Positions 63,101-64,000 of a DNA stretch of 64,000 nucleotides are shown here, piece by piece; the first letter of the stretch is position 1, and the number at the start of each line of letters is the position of its first letter. The translations under genes were made by a program, and so were the position numbers. The notes beneath the pieces are model-generated. The model saw only the letters and a program-made list of their open reading frames with translations. It was not told where the DNA came from and did not search any database. The DNA lies in contig NC_092673.1 in NCBI RefSeq assembly GCF_964355755.1, positions 11,318,948 through 11,382,947 on the forward strand. The letters are read 5' to 3'. This DNA is from Antedon mediterranea. Taxonomy: Eukaryota > Animalia > Echinodermata.

Positions 63101-63948
63101 ACGACGAAAGTATATTGTATAGTCCAAGGAAACGAGTTGTGTCATCATGACGATAGAGGATCTCTTTCAGTTTTTACATGGAAAACATTTTTTTTTAAAG
63201 AAATTAATAAGTTACAGTAATTCAGTCTTGTTATTGTCATGTTTAATTTTGAGTAATATGAATTAAACAATTTTAATATTATAGTTTTTTCTTACAGTGG
63301 AAATCATTCAGGATTTGAATTGGCATCAAATTGACAATATATTCGCCGGATCACAAGGTAATTGTTTTAACATAACTCTAATATTTTACCATAGATGACC
63401 CTTAATCTTATGTCAACGAAAATCATTTGTCCTTTTTTTATTTTACAGCTTTAAATTGTCAAGCATCTAACGCTCTAGCAGCCATTTTCATTGCTACTGG
63501 ACAGGATCCAGCATGCGTTGCCGAATCACACCAAGCATATACACAATACAAGAAAACAATTGATGGTGATCTAAAAATGGTCTGTACACTACCATCACTT
63601 ATGATCGGTACCATTGGAGGTGGAACTTCCCTACCTAGTCAGAAGGTAACATTTTATATACAGTATATTATATTGTTTGTAGTATTGAAAAACGGTGCTT
63701 GTGACTCTCAGAAATAGACAAATAATGATTATTGTTATTAATCATTACAAATTTCATCTACTTCATTCCTTTTCCAGACATGTTTAGAAATAATAGGCAC
63801 TCATGGAATCGGAACGATGCCAGCATTTGCCGAAGTGATATTGGGTGTTGTCATGGGAGGAGAACTATCATTGATTTCAGCAATGGGCGCTCAACATTTT
63901 GCTTATGCTCACAAGAAGCATGCTCGTGGACCTAAGACGGTTGCGTAA
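60079..63948 (+). CDS. Soluble class I HMG-CoA reductase-like protein, bacterial-type motifs, putative N-terminal mitochondrial presequence; join(60079..60179,60709..60774,62361..63088,63298..63357,63449..63645,63778..63948), 440 aa
   Basis: Exon lengths 101+66+728+60+197+171 = 1323 nt give an open frame with GT-AG introns. Motifs: CENFIG, PMATTEGALVASYNRG, GDASGQN, DKR, ATGQDPA, GTIGGGT, GELS, AHKKHAR. No transmembrane region. Exons 1-2 rest on splice signals and phase only. Confidence 0.85.
60709..60774 (+). CDS. HMGR-like exon 2
   Basis: Acceptor cttgttag; NGVATQSRTRSTLVQEKGTQT; AG|GTAGGC donor; symmetric phase 2-2 exon. Confidence 0.58.
61037..62149. mobile_element. TGT..ACA foldback MITE with long TIRs in HMGR-like intron 2
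   Basis: Imperfect TIRs of about 150 bp starting TGTTGAGCCGTGAA, 5-bp TSD GGGTT; related pieces at 41288..41750 and 57720..58170. Confidence 0.8.
62361..63088 (+). CDS. HMGR-like exon 3 (N-terminal part of catalytic domain)
   Basis: Acceptor tactctatag, in frame with ORF 62404; ENFIG, ATTEG, GDASGQN and DKR motifs; donor GTAAGA at 63089. Confidence 0.92.
63298..63357 (+). CDS. HMGR-like exon 4
   Basis: Acceptor tttcttacag; VEIIQDLNWHQIDNIFAGSQ; donor GTAATT; phase 1-1. Confidence 0.85.
63449..63645 (+). CDS. HMGR-like exon 5
   Basis: ALNCQASNALAAIFIATGQDPACVAES...LPSLMIGTIGGGTSLPSQK; donor GTAACA. Confidence 0.92.
63778..63948 (+). CDS. HMGR-like exon 6 (last coding exon)
   Basis: Acceptor tttccag; TCLEIIG...GGELSLISAMGAQHFAYAHKKHARGPKTVA then TAA; contains the His at the catalytic position. 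Confidence 0.9.
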   Translation, partial: TCLEIIGTHGIGTMPAFAEVILGVVMGGELSLISAMGAQHFAYAHKKHARGPKTVA

Positions 63949-64000
63949 ATAGTTTTAAAAAAAAGAAGATAATTATAAAGAACATTTTGTGTCCACGAAG

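Noticed and set aside
62404-63150. ORF-track protein taken as a complete single-exon or contaminant bacterial gene
   Set aside because: It begins at TTG inside an exon and runs into an intron after 63088; the catalytic domain is completed by three further spliced exons.
7854-63948. Functional coupling of QTRT1 and the HMGR-like gene
   Set aside because: Adjacency alone is not evidence in an animal genome; they are 9.5 kb apart with separate promoter-like motifs.

Overview
AT-rich, repeat-dense animal genomic DNA, probably from an invertebrate; the species cannot be determined from the sequence. Two spliced + strand genes can be rebuilt with canonical GT-AG introns and matching phases. (1) QTRT1, the queuine tRNA-ribosyltransferase catalytic subunit: 8 exons, 7854..50571, 405 aa, with a 25.3 kb first intron. 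(2) An unusual HMG-CoA reductase-like gene: 6 exons, 60079..63948, 440 aa. It has no membrane or sterol-sensing domain, starts with a basic Ser/Thr-rich leader resembling a mitochondrial presequence, and its catalytic motifs look like bacterial class I HMGR rather than animal HMGCR. It is the best candidate for a novel system here: a horizontally acquired, intron-containing, possibly mitochondrial HMGR. The rest is a layered transposon nest: a Helitron2/Helentron-like family apparently inserted into itself, an inverted pair of Academ-like remnants, hAT-, Tc2/pogo-, Harbinger- and TGT..ACA-type MITEs with visible TIRs and TSDs, LINE, Penelope and Gypsy fragments, tRNA-derived SINEs, minisatellites and two minimal hammerhead-ribozyme motifs. 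All coordinates were read by eye. Family assignments rest on recalled motifs, not database searches.
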